Below are positions 39,401 to 49,920 of a stretch of 64,000 nucleotides of DNA, one piece after another. Within the stretch, counting starts at the first letter, position 1. Every line of letters starts with the position of its first letter. The notes beneath the pieces were generated by a model, which saw only the letters and a list, made by a program, of their open reading frames with translations, was not told the origin of the DNA and did not search any database. The DNA is from Acidimicrobiia bacterium (lineage in GTDB: Bacteria > Actinomycetota > Acidimicrobiia > Spongiisociales > ZC4RG35). The stretch spans positions 544,001 to 608,000 of the forward strand of contig OZ244034.1 of NCBI GenBank assembly GCA_965215185.1, read 5' to 3'. A program made the position numbers and the translations under genes.

Positions 39401-40729
39401 TTAAGACTGAATGTCAGTCTTGGGGGTCGTGAAGGCCGAGAAGCGACTGATCTGATCGGGGGGAAGTCGAACGGTCATGTGCAGGCCGTCGGCCAGTTCG
39501 TCCGTGGAAATCACTTCACCGGTGCGATGAAGGGCCGCGATCACGTCTCCCCGCGCGTAAGGGACGAGCACGCCTATCGGGGTAGACCGAGAATTCAGCC
39601 AGGTGACGAGGGCGTTGATCAGGTCATTGGTTCCTTCTCCGCGCAGCGCCGATACTGCCACTGAGGTGTCGCTTCCTCCCATCAGGCGTTTGACCACTGC
39701 CTGCGGGGCCACATCGATCTTGTTGATCACGGTAATGGTGGATGCCGTATTGGCTCCGATTTCAGCCAAGACCTCGTGGACGGCCTCGATTTGCCCCTCC
39801 GGGTCGGGATCGGCCGCGTTGACCAGATGGAGTATCAGGTCGGCGTCCTTCACCTCCTCCAGGGTGGACTTGAAGGCTTCCACCAATCGGTGGGGGAGTC
39901 TCTTCACAAAACCCACTGTGTCGGCCAGGAGGATTTCCCGTCCTCCGGGCAGACTCAGGCGGCGGATGGTGGGGTCCAGGGTGGTGAATAGGCCGTCCTC
40001 GGTAAGTATCCCCGCTCCGGTGAGCTGATTGAGCAGGGTTGATTTACCGGCGTTGGTGTAGCCTACCAGGGCTGCGGCAGCAACCCCGGCGCGTTTGCGG
40101 GCGCGGCTGCGGGTCCGGTGGTGTTGCCGAAGGGCCGAGAGGTCCTTTTTGACGACCGTGATCCGTTCTTGGATTCGGCGCCGATCACTTTCCAGACGGG
40201 TCTCTCCCGGTCCCCGAGTTCCGATTCCTCCCGCCTGCTGAGAGAACCCCTCTCCCTGTACTCGCAGCCGAGGCAGTCGGTAGCGCAACAGGGCCAATTC
40301 CACTTGCAGTGACCCTTCCCGGGAGGTGGCGTGCTGAGCAAAAATGTCCAGTATCACCGCCTCGCGGTCGACCACATCACATTCGCACAACGCCTGCAGA
40401 TTCCGCTGTTGGGCGGGCGTGAGGGCATGGTCGAACACCACCACATCGATGTCCTTGCTCTTGGTGATTTCCACCAGTTCAGCGGCCTGGCCCTTACCGA
40501 TCAAAAGTCCAGCATTGAGAGTGGGTCGGCGGAACACTTCTTGTTCCACCGGATCAGACCCGGCAGTGTCGGTTAGGAGCGCCAACTCTCGTAGGGAATG
40601 TTCCACCTCGGTCAAGGAAGCCCGCCCGACCTGCACTCCCACCAGAAAGGCTCTCTGGCGGGGTACTCCCAGATCTTCGACGGTAGCTGTAAGCCGACGC
40701 CGCTCCCGTCCGAGATGTTGGTAGGTCAT
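39401..40729 (-). CDS. hflX: Ribosome-splitting GTPase HflX
   Basis: ILDIFAQHA, RGPGET, GYTNAGKS, TLDPT, DTVGF, NKID. Confidence 0.97.
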   Translation of the reverse strand: MTYQHLGRERRRLTATVEDLGVPRQRAFLVGVQVGRASLTEVEHSLRELALLTDTAGSDPVEQEVFRRPTLNAGLLIGKGQAAELVEITKSKDIDVVVFDHALTPAQQRNLQALCECDVVDREAVILDIFAQHATSREGSLQVELALLRYRLPRLRVQGEGFSQQAGGIGTRGPGETRLESDRRRIQERITVVKKDLSALRQHHRTRSRARKRAGVAAAALVGYTNAGKSTLLNQLTGAGILTEDGLFTTLDPTIRRLSLPGGREILLADTVGFVKRLPHRLVEAFKSTLEEVKDADLILHLVNAADPDPEGQIEAVHEVLAEIGANTASTITVINKIDVAPQAVVKRLMGGSDTSVAVSALRGEGTNDLINALVTWLNSRSTPIGVLVPYARGDVIAALHRTGEVISTDELADGLHMTVRLPPDQISRFSAFTTPKTDIQS

Positions 40730-40753
40730 ATCAGCGCCCGACGGGCTGCGAGC

Positions 40754-41053
40754 TTACAGATACTGACCCTCGTCCAGAGGCTGTTCGGGTTCTTCTTCGG
40801 CGATGATCTGTGACTGGCGTACGGCCACCACCGGCTTGCCGGTGAGTGGCCACAAGAAACGCCATGCCCCGGTGGGCACGGCCCAGAAATGTCTTCCGGT
40901 GGTCACATCGATCAGAGAAAGCGCGTCATTCTGGCCGTTGCCACCCGTTGACACCAATAGTCCCGAACGGGTGGTGGACTCCTGGGGAACGTGCCCCACT
41001 CGCCACCCATTGGAGACGTTGTATTCGGTTGTTGCCTTCGGATTTGAACCCAT
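40754..41053 (-). CDS. Hypothetical protein ending in the GQYL proteasome-docking-type motif (alternative start 41092)
   Basis: Fills the moaA-hflX gap on the same strand; ends EEEPEQPLDEGQYL-stop. Confidence 0.75.
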   Translation of the reverse strand: MGSNPKATTEYNVSNGWRVGHVPQESTTRSGLLVSTGGNGQNDALSLIDVTTGRHFWAVPTGAWRFLWPLTGKPVVAVRQSQIIAEEEPEQPLDEGQYL

Positions 41054-41106
41054 GATCCTTAGTTTGGCGCGTTCGGCGTCCGTTGCAGCCATTTGGCAGT
41101 CAGCAC

Positions 41107-42132
41107 TTATCCCCCTATATAACTCATCTCGACTCTTTGTCCGATCCCTCTCGTTTCCCCCGAGCGGAGTTCGGAATACTGGTCCACCCGTTCTGACCAC
41201 ACTCCTGTGATCAACCTACGCAGTTGGCGGTCGGAAACTCCGGAACGGACTGCTTCCCTTAGGTCGGTGCCACCGATTGCGAACAGGCAGGTGTAGAGCT
41301 TACCGTCGGCCGAAAGCCTGGCCCGGGTGCAGGCACCGCAAAAAGGCTGGGTTACCGAGGCGATGACCCCCATCTCCCCTTGCCCGTCCACATAGCGCCA
41401 GCGGCGCGCCACCTCACCTCGATAATTGGGTTCCAGCGGCTCGATGGGGAAGACTTCGTGGACGCGGCGGACGATCTCGTGGGCGGGTGTCACCTCGTTC
41501 AGTCGCCACCCGTTGGTGACGCCCACATCCATGTATTCAATGAAGCGGAGGATGTGGCCGGTTCCCCGGAAGTGCCCCGCCATGTCCACTATGGAGTGAT
41601 CATTTACACCCCTCTTGACCACCATGTTGATTTTGATGGGTCGCATACCCGCCGCGGCTGCGGCCTCGATACCCGCCAGGACATCGGCTACCTTGGCGCC
41701 CACGTCGTTCATGGCCCCGAACACCTCGTCGGACAAGGAGTCGAGGCTCACAGTTACCCGATCGAGGCCCGCGTCCGCCAAAGCTTGAGCTTTTCGGGGT
41801 AGCAGGACACCGTTGGTGGTGAGGGTGAGATCGACCACTCCGGGAGTCTCCGAAAGCATGGCCACCAGCTTCTCCAGTCCGGCTCTCAACAGGGGCTCAC
41901 CGCCGGTTAGCCGTATCTTTCTGGCGCCCAGGGAGCTGAAAATGCCGGCGAGGCGAGTTATCTCTTCGAAGCTGAGCAGGGCCGAACGTTTCAAGAACTG
42001 GTAGTCGCGGTTGAAAATCTCCTTGGGCATGCAGTATGTGCATCGGAAGTTGCACCGATCAGTCACCGAAATACGCAGGTCTGCCAGCGTCCTGCCCAGG
42101 CGATCATATGGTTTCATCACTAAGTTGTCCAC
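41107..42132 (-). CDS. moaA: GTP 3',8-cyclase
   Basis: [27 protein letters not shown]-terminal MSYIGG. Confidence 0.97.
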   Translation of the reverse strand: MDNLVMKPYDRLGRTLADLRISVTDRCNFRCTYCMPKEIFNRDYQFLKRSALLSFEEITRLAGIFSSLGARKIRLTGGEPLLRAGLEKLVAMLSETPGVVDLTLTTNGVLLPRKAQALADAGLDRVTVSLDSLSDEVFGAMNDVGAKVADVLAGIEAAAAAGMRPIKINMVVKRGVNDHSIVDMAGHFRGTGHILRFIEYMDVGVTNGWRLNEVTPAHEIVRRVHEVFPIEPLEPNYRGEVARRWRYVDGQGEMGVIASVTQPFCGACTRARLSADGKLYTCLFAIGGTDLREAVRSGVSDRQLRRLITGVWSERVDQYSELRSGETRGIGQRVEMSYIGG

Positions 42133-42222
42133 TTCGCCAAGACCTTAGCAATGCGGAAAGGTCCTTGTTCCCTGATATTGTCCGCGCCAGACTTGAAAGT
42201 GACGCTAACGACGAGGAGAGCC

Positions 42223-42975
42223 ATGCGAAGCCACGAAATCGACTATCAGGTCTATGGAGAGGATCTGCAGTTTGTGGAGGTGTACCTCGATCCCGGCGAG
42301 TCGGTGATTGCGGAAGCCGGAGCCATGATCTTCATGGACGAAGAAGTCACATTCGAGGCCAAATTGGGCGACGGGTCCGAGCAGGAGAAAAAAGGTGGCT
42401 TTCTCCGAAAGGCGGCCACTGCCGCGGGAAGGGCGCTCAGCGGCGAGTCGCTGTTCATGACGCACTTTACGAATTCGGGGGGTGGCCGCACCAAGGTGGC
42501 TTTCGGAGCCTCGGTGCCGGGCAAAATAGTGCCCCTGGATTTGAGAGAGATAGGCGGTTCGGTGATTTGTCAGCGTGACGCATTCTTGTGTGCGGCCCTC
42601 GGAACGAGGGTCTCCATGCACTTCAACCGCAAATTCGGCAGCGGAGCTTTCGGCGGGGAGGGTTTCATTCTTCAAAAGCTGGAGGGAGACGGGATTGCCT
42701 TTGTCAACGCCGGGGGGATGGTGGTGGAGCGACGTTTGACGGGGGAGATGATTCGGGTGGACACCGGCTGTTTGGTGGGGTTCGAGGAAGGAATCGAATA
42801 CTCCATCGAGCGGGCGGGGGGACTCAAAAGCATGGCGTTCGGCGGTGAGGGCATCTTCCTGGCCACCCTCAGCGGAGTTGGTCGGGTTTGGCTTCAGTCG
42901 CTTCCGTTCTCCCGGCTGGCCGATCCCATCATCAGGAAAGCAGTAGCCGAAGCCTCAGCAGCAGCGAGAAATTAG
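42223..42975 (+). CDS. AIM24/TIGR00266 family protein
   Basis: AEAGAM, GESLF, FGGEGF repeats, [11 protein letters not shown]. Confidence 0.92.
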   Translation: MRSHEIDYQVYGEDLQFVEVYLDPGESVIAEAGAMIFMDEEVTFEAKLGDGSEQEKKGGFLRKAATAAGRALSGESLFMTHFTNSGGGRTKVAFGASVPGKIVPLDLREIGGSVICQRDAFLCAALGTRVSMHFNRKFGSGAFGGEGFILQKLEGDGIAFVNAGGMVVERRLTGEMIRVDTGCLVGFEEGIEYSIERAGGLKSMAFGGEGIFLATLSGVGRVWLQSLPFSRLADPIIRKAVAEASAAARN

Positions 42976-43067
42976 TCTCAGCCAGCGGTTTGGGCGGTTT
43001 GGCAATCCCCGCCGGTCCGTTTCCTAGAGGTGATGGGCGGTGGGACCGCTTAGAAACCAGGGTGCTC

Positions 43068-43424
43068 TTAGATTGCGTGTCTCTTGAGGTCGTCGAGATT
43101 GACCCACTCCAAGGCGACCAGGGCAGTGGCTTCCAGCTTGACCCGCGGGGCCATGCCTGCTTCGAAGGCTTCTTGCCAGCGAGAAGCGCAGAGGCACCAA
43201 CAATCTCCGGGACGTAGTCCGTCGAACCCGTAAAAGGGCATGGGGGTGCTCAGGTCGTTTCCGCGGGACTTGCTGAATGCCAGGAACTCCTCGGTCATCT
43301 CGGCGCACACCGCGTGAACGCCGACATCGTCTCCGCTGGCTTGACAGGATCCGGTGCGGTAGTAGCCGGTGAGCGGTTGCATGGAGCAGGGCTCAAGTTC
43401 GCCTCCCAGCACGTTAATCAGCAT
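43068..43424 (-). CDS. DUF2237 family protein
   Basis: NVLGGELEPC, TGYYRTG.C, GNDLSTP, WCLCASRW. Confidence 0.92.
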   Translation of the reverse strand: MLINVLGGELEPCSMQPLTGYYRTGSCQASGDDVGVHAVCAEMTEEFLAFSKSRGNDLSTPMPFYGFDGLRPGDCWCLCASRWQEAFEAGMAPRVKLEATALVALEWVNLDDLKRHAI

Positions 43425-43438
43425 GGAGGGGGTTGAAC

Positions 43439-44446
43439 TCAAGTTGCGGCCCACGTCCCGGCGGAGGTGAACAGCGCGTCCAAGTCCGCTGGTCCCCTAT
43501 TTTGGGCCTGCACGATTTGCAGTTGCATCTCCTCGCCGTAAGTGGGATGCGACACCTTACGAAACACTCCCAGAGGGGTGGGACCAAACGGACCGTGGGC
43601 CAGCCGGCTGATCGCGAAAGCCACACTGGGGTTCTCACGAGAAGGATCGTGAACCACAATCTGCTCTCTTTTCACCGAGGAAGTGGGTTTGATCGTGGCC
43701 TCGCCCCCTTCCATCACCACACAGTTCTCTCCCGATCTCCCAAAGACGATGGGCTGGCCGGCGTGCAGATTGATCCGATTGGCGACCCGTTCGGTCTTGC
43801 CGGTCAACTGGACAAAGGCCTTGTCGTTGAAGACATTGCAATTCTGATAGATCTCGATGAAGGCGGACCCTTTGTGGGAGACCGCTTCCCCCAGAACATG
43901 CGTGGTGTGATTGCGGTCCATATCGATGGTTCTGGCCACGAACGTGGCCTCCGCTCCCAAGGCCAGGCTCACCGGGTTGAAAGGAACATCGATCGACCCG
44001 AAGGGACTGGACTTGGTTCGCTTTCCCACCTCTGAGGTGGGTGAGTATTGACCCTTGGTTAGCCCATAGATCTGGTTGTTGAAAAGGAGTATCTTCAGAT
44101 TGACGTTGCGCCGCAGGGAGTGAATCAGATGGTTGCCCCCTATGGAGAGGGCGTCTCCGTCTCCGGTCACCACCCAAATCGACAGGTCGGGACGGGAGGA
44201 GGCCAAACCGGTGGCAATGGCCGGGGCTCGACCATGAATGGTGTGGAACCCGTAGGTCTTCATGTAGTAAGGAAAGCGGGCCGCGCAGCCTATGCCGGAA
44301 ATGACCACAATGTTCTCCCGTGGAACTCCCATTTGCGTCATGAAGGTCTGCACGGTGGCCAAGATCGTGTAATCGCCGCACCCAGGGCACCACCTCACCT
44401 CCTGGTCGCTCTGGAAATCGGACCGGCTGAAGGTGATGTTGCTCAC
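43439..44446 (-). CDS. korB: 2-oxoacid:ferredoxin oxidoreductase beta subunit
   Basis: WCPGCGD, SGIGC, GDGD, YGLTKGQYSPT. Confidence 0.93.
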   Translation of the reverse strand: MSNITFSRSDFQSDQEVRWCPGCGDYTILATVQTFMTQMGVPRENIVVISGIGCAARFPYYMKTYGFHTIHGRAPAIATGLASSRPDLSIWVVTGDGDALSIGGNHLIHSLRRNVNLKILLFNNQIYGLTKGQYSPTSEVGKRTKSSPFGSIDVPFNPVSLALGAEATFVARTIDMDRNHTTHVLGEAVSHKGSAFIEIYQNCNVFNDKAFVQLTGKTERVANRINLHAGQPIVFGRSGENCVVMEGGEATIKPTSSVKREQIVVHDPSRENPSVAFAISRLAHGPFGPTPLGVFRKVSHPTYGEEMQLQIVQAQNRGPADLDALFTSAGTWAAT

Positions 44447-46332
44447 GATTCGAGAATCTCCAAAATCTTGTCTCTTACTTCCCCGATATAGAAAGGAATT
44501 CCGGCCACCTTGTGGAGACCCACCGAATCTTTCAGGTAGTTGGCGCGGATCACATAACGCAACTGTCCCATGTTGAGTTCCGGTATCAGAATCTTCTCAT
44601 AGGAATGCACCACATCCCCCAGATTGGCGGGGAAGGGATTCATATGACGCAGATGAGCGTAAGCGACCTGGTAACCCTCACGGTTGAGGTTGCGACACGC
44701 AGCACCCACAGTTCCTTTGGTGGAACCCCAACTCAGCACCAGCAGAGGAGCGTCGAGTTCACCCTGCACTTGGAGCTCAGGGATGTCGTTGGCGATGTTC
44801 GCCACTTTCCAGGCACGGGAATCGGTCATCAACTGGTGGTTTTCCGGGTTGTAGGAGATATCGCCGCTGATGTTCTCTTTTTCCAGCCCGCCGATCCTAT
44901 GTTCCAAGCCCCTGGTGCCGGGGATGGCCCAAGGGCGGGAGAACGTGTTGAAATCGCGCAGATAGGGGAGATACTGACCATTGGCGCCGTTTGGAGCCGA
45001 GGCGAAGGGCACACTGATGTCAGGCAGGTCAGCGGTGTTCGGAATCCGCCAAGGTTCGGAGCCGTTGGCGATGTGGTTATCGGAAAGAAGGATCACCGGG
45101 GTCATGTATTTGAGGGCTAATCGGGCCGCCTCTATGGTCGTTTCCACCACATCGGAGGGAGTGGAGCAGGCAATAACCGGGATGGGAGACTCACCGTGTC
45201 GGCCGAACAGGGAAAACAGAAGGTCGGTCTGCTCCGGTTTGGTGGGCATTCCCGTGGAGGGACCGGCCCTTTGCACATTCACCACCAATAGTGGCAATTC
45301 GGCGGTGAGAGCCAGACTGATCGCTTCACTCTTCAAGGCGATTCCCGGCCCCGACGACCCGGTTACCGCCAAGCTTCCCCCGAAGGAAGCTCCGATCGCG
45401 GCCCCCACCGCGGCGATTTCGTCCTCGGCCTGGAACGTCCTGACCCCTAGCCGTTTGTGGCGTGACAGTTCGTGGAGAATGTCGGATGCAGGGGTGATGG
45501 GGTAGGAGCCGTAGAAGAGGGGGAGCTTGGCGCAATAGGAAGCAGCGATCAACCCCCAAGCCAGGGCGGTGTTACCGGTGAGATTGGTGTAGATGCCGGA
45601 GGGAAGGCGGGCTGGCTTCACCATGAAGACGGTCCTGGAAGCCTCGGTGGTTATCCCGAAGTTGTACCCGGCTTGCAGGGCGGCCAAGTTGGCGTCGCGC
45701 ACCATGGGCTTGCGGGCGAATTTGGTGTTGGTCCACTCCTTGACGGGATCGAGAGGCCGCTGGAAGAGCCAGGCCAAGAAACCCAAGGCTACGAAGTTGC
45801 GGGAGCGGAGCACCGACCGCCCCTTGACCTTGTCTGACACCGCCTCCTTGGTGATGGTGTTCATGGGAATCTCGATCAGGTCGTATTGGTTGAGACTGCC
45901 GTCGATCAAAGGGTTGTCGTGGTACCCGGCTTTGGCGAGGCCCCGCTCGTCGAATGCCTCGTTGTTCACGATCAGGGTTCCACCCTGGCGGAGGTCGGCG
46001 ATGTTCGATTTGAGGGCTGCAGGATTCATGGCCACCATGCAGTCGGGCTGATCGCCCGAAGTGGAGATGTCCCAGTCCGCTATTTGGATTTGAAAGGACG
46101 AAACTCCGGGAAGGGTACCCGCAGGGGCCCGGATCTCGGCAGGAAAGCTGGGCAGGGTGTAAAGATCGTTGCCGAAGGCCGCCGAGGTGTCAGCGAAGCG
46201 ATTCCCGGCCAACTGCATTCCGTCCCCCGAGTCGCCCGCGAAGCGGACAGTGACTTGTGTTAGTAGTGTGGCGTCACCATTGGACGACGGGCTGGAAATG
46301 CCCGCCTGGGCGTCGGTGGTTAGCGATGTCAC
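44443..46332 (-). CDS. korA: 2-oxoacid:ferredoxin oxidoreductase alpha subunit
   Basis: GDSGDGMQ, YPITPAS, QAEDEIAA, QRAGPSTG. Confidence 0.93.
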   Translation of the reverse strand: MTSLTTDAQAGISSPSSNGDATLLTQVTVRFAGDSGDGMQLAGNRFADTSAAFGNDLYTLPSFPAEIRAPAGTLPGVSSFQIQIADWDISTSGDQPDCMVAMNPAALKSNIADLRQGGTLIVNNEAFDERGLAKAGYHDNPLIDGSLNQYDLIEIPMNTITKEAVSDKVKGRSVLRSRNFVALGFLAWLFQRPLDPVKEWTNTKFARKPMVRDANLAALQAGYNFGITTEASRTVFMVKPARLPSGIYTNLTGNTALAWGLIAASYCAKLPLFYGSYPITPASDILHELSRHKRLGVRTFQAEDEIAAVGAAIGASFGGSLAVTGSSGPGIALKSEAISLALTAELPLLVVNVQRAGPSTGMPTKPEQTDLLFSLFGRHGESPIPVIACSTPSDVVETTIEAARLALKYMTPVILLSDNHIANGSEPWRIPNTADLPDISVPFASAPNGANGQYLPYLRDFNTFSRPWAIPGTRGLEHRIGGLEKENISGDISYNPENHQLMTDSRAWKVANIANDIPELQVQGELDAPLLVLSWGSTKGTVGAACRNLNREGYQVAYAHLRHMNPFPANLGDVVHSYEKILIPELNMGQLRYVIRANYLKDSVGLHKVAGIPFYIGEVRDKILEILES

Positions 46333-46408
46333 AGTGGGAAAATCAAAGCTCTCTCGTTGGTGGCCAATGATAGCCCCACCCGCGTTCCTTTCAACTGTCT
46401 ATTGGCCC

Positions 46409-47833
46409 TCAGTTAGAGGATTGAGCGCCGATGGCCAGGATCGATCGGGCAATTCCCGCTCCTTCCAGGGCGGTGGCGGTCCTGAGCAGCAGATCCTCCC
46501 GCCACCAGGGGGCCACCAGTTGCAGCGAGAAGGGAACCCCTTCGGTTTGATCGGAACGGGGAACCGGAATGCTGATGGCGGGACAGCCGCTGATGTTGAC
46601 CAAAGAGGTGAACCAGGAAAACACCATCCGATACAGAAGTCTGCCCTGGTTGGTCTCCATTTCCTGGTTGCCTATCACTTTGCGCAATCCCCCCGAGGTG
46701 GGAATCGCCAGCACATCGAAGCGGCGGAAAGCAGATCTAAAGCGGTGCCGCAGAAGAGCCTGCCAGGCTTGGGCCCTCAACAATGCCTCGGCTGGGTACC
46801 TTCCCCCGATCTGAAGGGTTTCCCGTATCCGGTCCGCCACCTCCGCGCCGTAGGGTTTTCCTGCTTCCCACCAAAGACGGTGGACGGTGGCTACTTGGGG
46901 ATACAGGATGTCATTGATTCTTCCCGGAGGCCCCAGAACCGGATCATCGAACTGTTCGATCCGCGCTCCCATGTCCTCCAGTTGCCCTACGACCTCATTA
47001 AACCGCTCCCGGATTCCGGGTGTGTAGGGAGCACCTGCCAACCACTGTGCAGGAAGTCCGACCTTCAGGTCTTCAAACGATAGCGGATCCTCGAGTTGGT
47101 GGAGTTCGGTGGGACGGGGCGACGACCAGTGGTCCCGGGGATGCCAGCCGGCCAGGGCGGCATAGGTGAGAGTCAGATCCTCAGAATGCGCCGCCAGAGG
47201 TCCTACCGTGTCCAGGGAAGGCCCCAGCGGGAAGACTCCGGTCAGCGGGACGCGCCCGTGGGTTACCTTCAGTCCGAATATGCCGCACATGGCAGCCGGA
47301 ACCCGGATGGAGCCGCCGGTGTCCGTACCGATGGAAACCGGAGCCAGTCCGGCCGCAACTACTGCGGCTGACCCACCCGACGACCCTCCTGGGGAAGTGG
47401 CGGGATCATGGGGATTACGGATCGGGCCGAACCACTGGTTCTCGGAAGAGAACCCGAAAGCGAACTCGTGCAAACCTGCTCTGCCCACAATCACAGCCCC
47501 GGCTTCTTCCAGGCGTTCCACCACCGGGGCGGAGTTTTGGGGCACGATCCGATAGAAGGCCGAACCGCAGGTGTTGGGGATTCCGGCTTGATTGATCAGG
47601 TCTTTGACTACCACTGGCACCCCGCACAGGGGGCCGGGATCTTCTCCCGCCGCCACCCGCGCATCCAGAGCGGCGGCGCGGACCAGGGCCTGCTCATCAA
47701 TGAAGGTGGTGAGATTGAGGTCCGCCTGGCGGATGTGCAAGGCGCCCAACGCTTGCCGGGTGATTTGTTCTGCTGATCTTTTGCCGGCTCGAATCTGGCG
47801 GGCGATGTTCCGGGCGGAGGGCCTGATTTCCAT
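46409..47833 (-). CDS. Amidase-signature family enzyme
   Basis: VKD, GGSSGGS, GTDTGGSIRVPA. Confidence 0.93.
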   Translation of the reverse strand: MEIRPSARNIARQIRAGKRSAEQITRQALGALHIRQADLNLTTFIDEQALVRAAALDARVAAGEDPGPLCGVPVVVKDLINQAGIPNTCGSAFYRIVPQNSAPVVERLEEAGAVIVGRAGLHEFAFGFSSENQWFGPIRNPHDPATSPGGSSGGSAAVVAAGLAPVSIGTDTGGSIRVPAAMCGIFGLKVTHGRVPLTGVFPLGPSLDTVGPLAAHSEDLTLTYAALAGWHPRDHWSSPRPTELHQLEDPLSFEDLKVGLPAQWLAGAPYTPGIRERFNEVVGQLEDMGARIEQFDDPVLGPPGRINDILYPQVATVHRLWWEAGKPYGAEVADRIRETLQIGGRYPAEALLRAQAWQALLRHRFRSAFRRFDVLAIPTSGGLRKVIGNQEMETNQGRLLYRMVFSWFTSLVNISGCPAISIPVPRSDQTEGVPFSLQLVAPWWREDLLLRTATALEGAGIARSILAIGAQSSN

Positions 47834-47835
47834 AC

Positions 47836-49026
47836 CTACCAGGAGACCGGTCGGCCCTCAGGGAAAAGGCTGATCCAGGGTCGACCGGCTGGAACGGTCA
47901 TGGGAGAGCCGTCGTGCAAGAGGAAGGAGAATGGCTGGGTGGTATCCGCCCGTTCCCACTTTCCTTCCGCTACTTGGCCCTTGGCGAAAACAAGCATCCG
48001 TCCTTCACCGGTGGTTTCCATGGTTGGTAAGGCGTATCCGTTTCCGGTGGGAGGCTGGGTGTAGAACAGGTTGGAAAACAGTACGACCAACGTGTCGGCG
48101 GTGATGATCTCCTCCACACCATTGCCGCGGGTCCAGGTGTGAGGGCCATCCGGCAGGTGGCGCTCCCACTCCACTCCGTTCCACCGCCAGGTTATGGCAT
48201 TGGTGGGCGCCCATTCCATCTCCACTTGGGATACTCCACCCAGGTTGGCGTCAGGAGATAACTCTCCGAATTCGAACAGAGGGGGAGGGCCGGTATTCGG
48301 ATATAGTCGATCGTCGGCGACGGAGCGCAACTCGGCGGTGTTGACATAGTAATTGTGGGGCGCCTTACGAGTGGGGTCGCGAAAGCCCCCCACGCCGATC
48401 TCACCGATAACACCCACGCCGTTGCGTGGGAAGGATCTGAGTATCCAGTCTTGGCCTCCGCTGGTCAGGAGGGTGGCGTTGAAGGGTCTAAGCAAATGGG
48501 GATCGGTGGGCCGCACGGAGCGGACCGGACCCACTGCGGATGAGTCCACGGAGTGAAAGAGGGCTATGAACCGCGTTATGCCCGATTCGACCAGAATTTC
48601 AAATACCGCCTCCGCCTCTCCGATGCCCGATTGAGGACGCGCGTCCCAGTGATTGTCCACCTTGACGGCCATGGTGCGCCGGTTCAGCAAGTCTGAGTTC
48701 TCCACTCCCAATCCCGTGAGAGGACTCGGGGGGAGAACCGGTTCGGGGATCGTGGTTGTAGAACTGGTGGTGGTGGGTCCGACAATGGTGCTGGTTGTGG
48801 AACTGGGGGCCACTGTGTCGGTGGTGGTTTCGGTCGCGCTGGTGGATGTTGGGGTGGTGGTTTCAGAAGCAGCGCTGGTGGCGCCAGTCGTGGAACTGGT
48901 GGTGGAGTCAGAGATGGTGGTGGGAGTTGCGGTCGAGGTAGGTTGCTCTACAGGGTCCTCTGCAGCTTCTCCTCCACAAGCGGCCGCCAGGATGACCAGG
49001 ACAACCGACAACACAGTCTTTCGCAT
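47836..49026 (-). CDS. DUF3048 (YerB-like) lipoprotein with Ser/Thr-rich linker
   Basis: Lipobox LAAAC, PLTG, VKVDN, RPQSG, VESGITR, GPVRSVR, APHN. Confidence 0.88.
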   Translation of the reverse strand: MRKTVLSVVLVILAAACGGEAAEDPVEQPTSTATPTTISDSTTSSTTGATSAASETTTPTSTSATETTTDTVAPSSTTSTIVGPTTTSSTTTIPEPVLPPSPLTGLGVENSDLLNRRTMAVKVDNHWDARPQSGIGEAEAVFEILVESGITRFIALFHSVDSSAVGPVRSVRPTDPHLLRPFNATLLTSGGQDWILRSFPRNGVGVIGEIGVGGFRDPTRKAPHNYYVNTAELRSVADDRLYPNTGPPPLFEFGELSPDANLGGVSQVEMEWAPTNAITWRWNGVEWERHLPDGPHTWTRGNGVEEIITADTLVVLFSNLFYTQPPTGNGYALPTMETTGEGRMLVFAKGQVAEGKWERADTTQPFSFLLHDGSPMTVPAGRPWISLFPEGRPVSW

Positions 49027-49068
49027 TAGGGGAGATGCTAAAGGCAAACGCCCCCCAGCTTTGGTGTT

Positions 49069-49908
49069 TTACTTTTGACATCCCGTTCCCCCGGAGAGAG
49101 CGACCAGTTCATCCTCAGAATCGGGTCCAGAGAAAACACCCAAAAGGTAGCCTGGTCCGGGCACATCCACTTCCATGATGGTCCCGTGGACGGAATGGTC
49201 GAGCGTGATGGAGGACTCACCATAGATTGATGAGGAACGGGACAAGGTTGCTCCTAGTTGGAGGCCCTCCGAAGTTCGAAGAGATGTCCCATCCGGTGAT
49301 GAAGAACCATCCGGGAGTGAGTAGATGAAAGAAAAGAAGTGTTCCTGCCCGTCCGGTCCCCAGTCGGTGGGACCATCGGAGAAATACGCAGCCAGACTCC
49401 CCCATGTGACCACCCGCGCCCTGGTCCCGGGGCATTGCAGGTTGTCGAGGTCGGCGGGTAGCCACCCTGTATCACTATCCGGGGCCCCCAGCGCTTCGGT
49501 GAGGATGGAGACCGATCTTCGAATGTCGGTCCCGAAGGGAAGCGGTCCCAGACCTTCAGGTTGGAGGCGGAGATCTGAGGCGCGAATGGGCTCTTCCACA
49601 AATGTGGCCGGCGGGGGAGGAAGCGTTGGCAGGGAGGTTTCGGAGACCGCGGTGGTGGGGGTGTCAGTCGGCTCCGGCAAGGTTGTGACAGATCCGCCGG
49701 GTGCGGTGGTGGTTGAGGTGGTCACGCTGCCGCTGGTGATGTCTTGCGAGGCGACGGGCCCACCGGTGAGCCCGGAGCTTCCCAGGGCGTTGCGAATAAC
49801 CAGCAGCACCGCGGCGGCAGCCATGATAACTACCAGGGTTCCCAGAGTCACCAGGACCCTTCTCTGCCATTGTTCCATACGGCTTGGGGATCGGGGAGGT
49901 GGGTGCAT
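49069..49908 (-). CDS. Hypothetical membrane-anchored surface protein with Thr-rich linker
   Basis: TM helix, T/P-rich stalk, globular C-terminal domain with two Cys. Confidence 0.75.
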   Translation of the reverse strand: MHPPPRSPSRMEQWQRRVLVTLGTLVVIMAAAAVLLVIRNALGSSGLTGGPVASQDITSGSVTTSTTTAPGGSVTTLPEPTDTPTTAVSETSLPTLPPPPATFVEEPIRASDLRLQPEGLGPLPFGTDIRRSVSILTEALGAPDSDTGWLPADLDNLQCPGTRARVVTWGSLAAYFSDGPTDWGPDGQEHFFSFIYSLPDGSSSPDGTSLRTSEGLQLGATLSRSSSIYGESSITLDHSVHGTIMEVDVPGPGYLLGVFSGPDSEDELVALSGGTGCQK

Positions 49909-49920
49909 CGGATCAATCTG

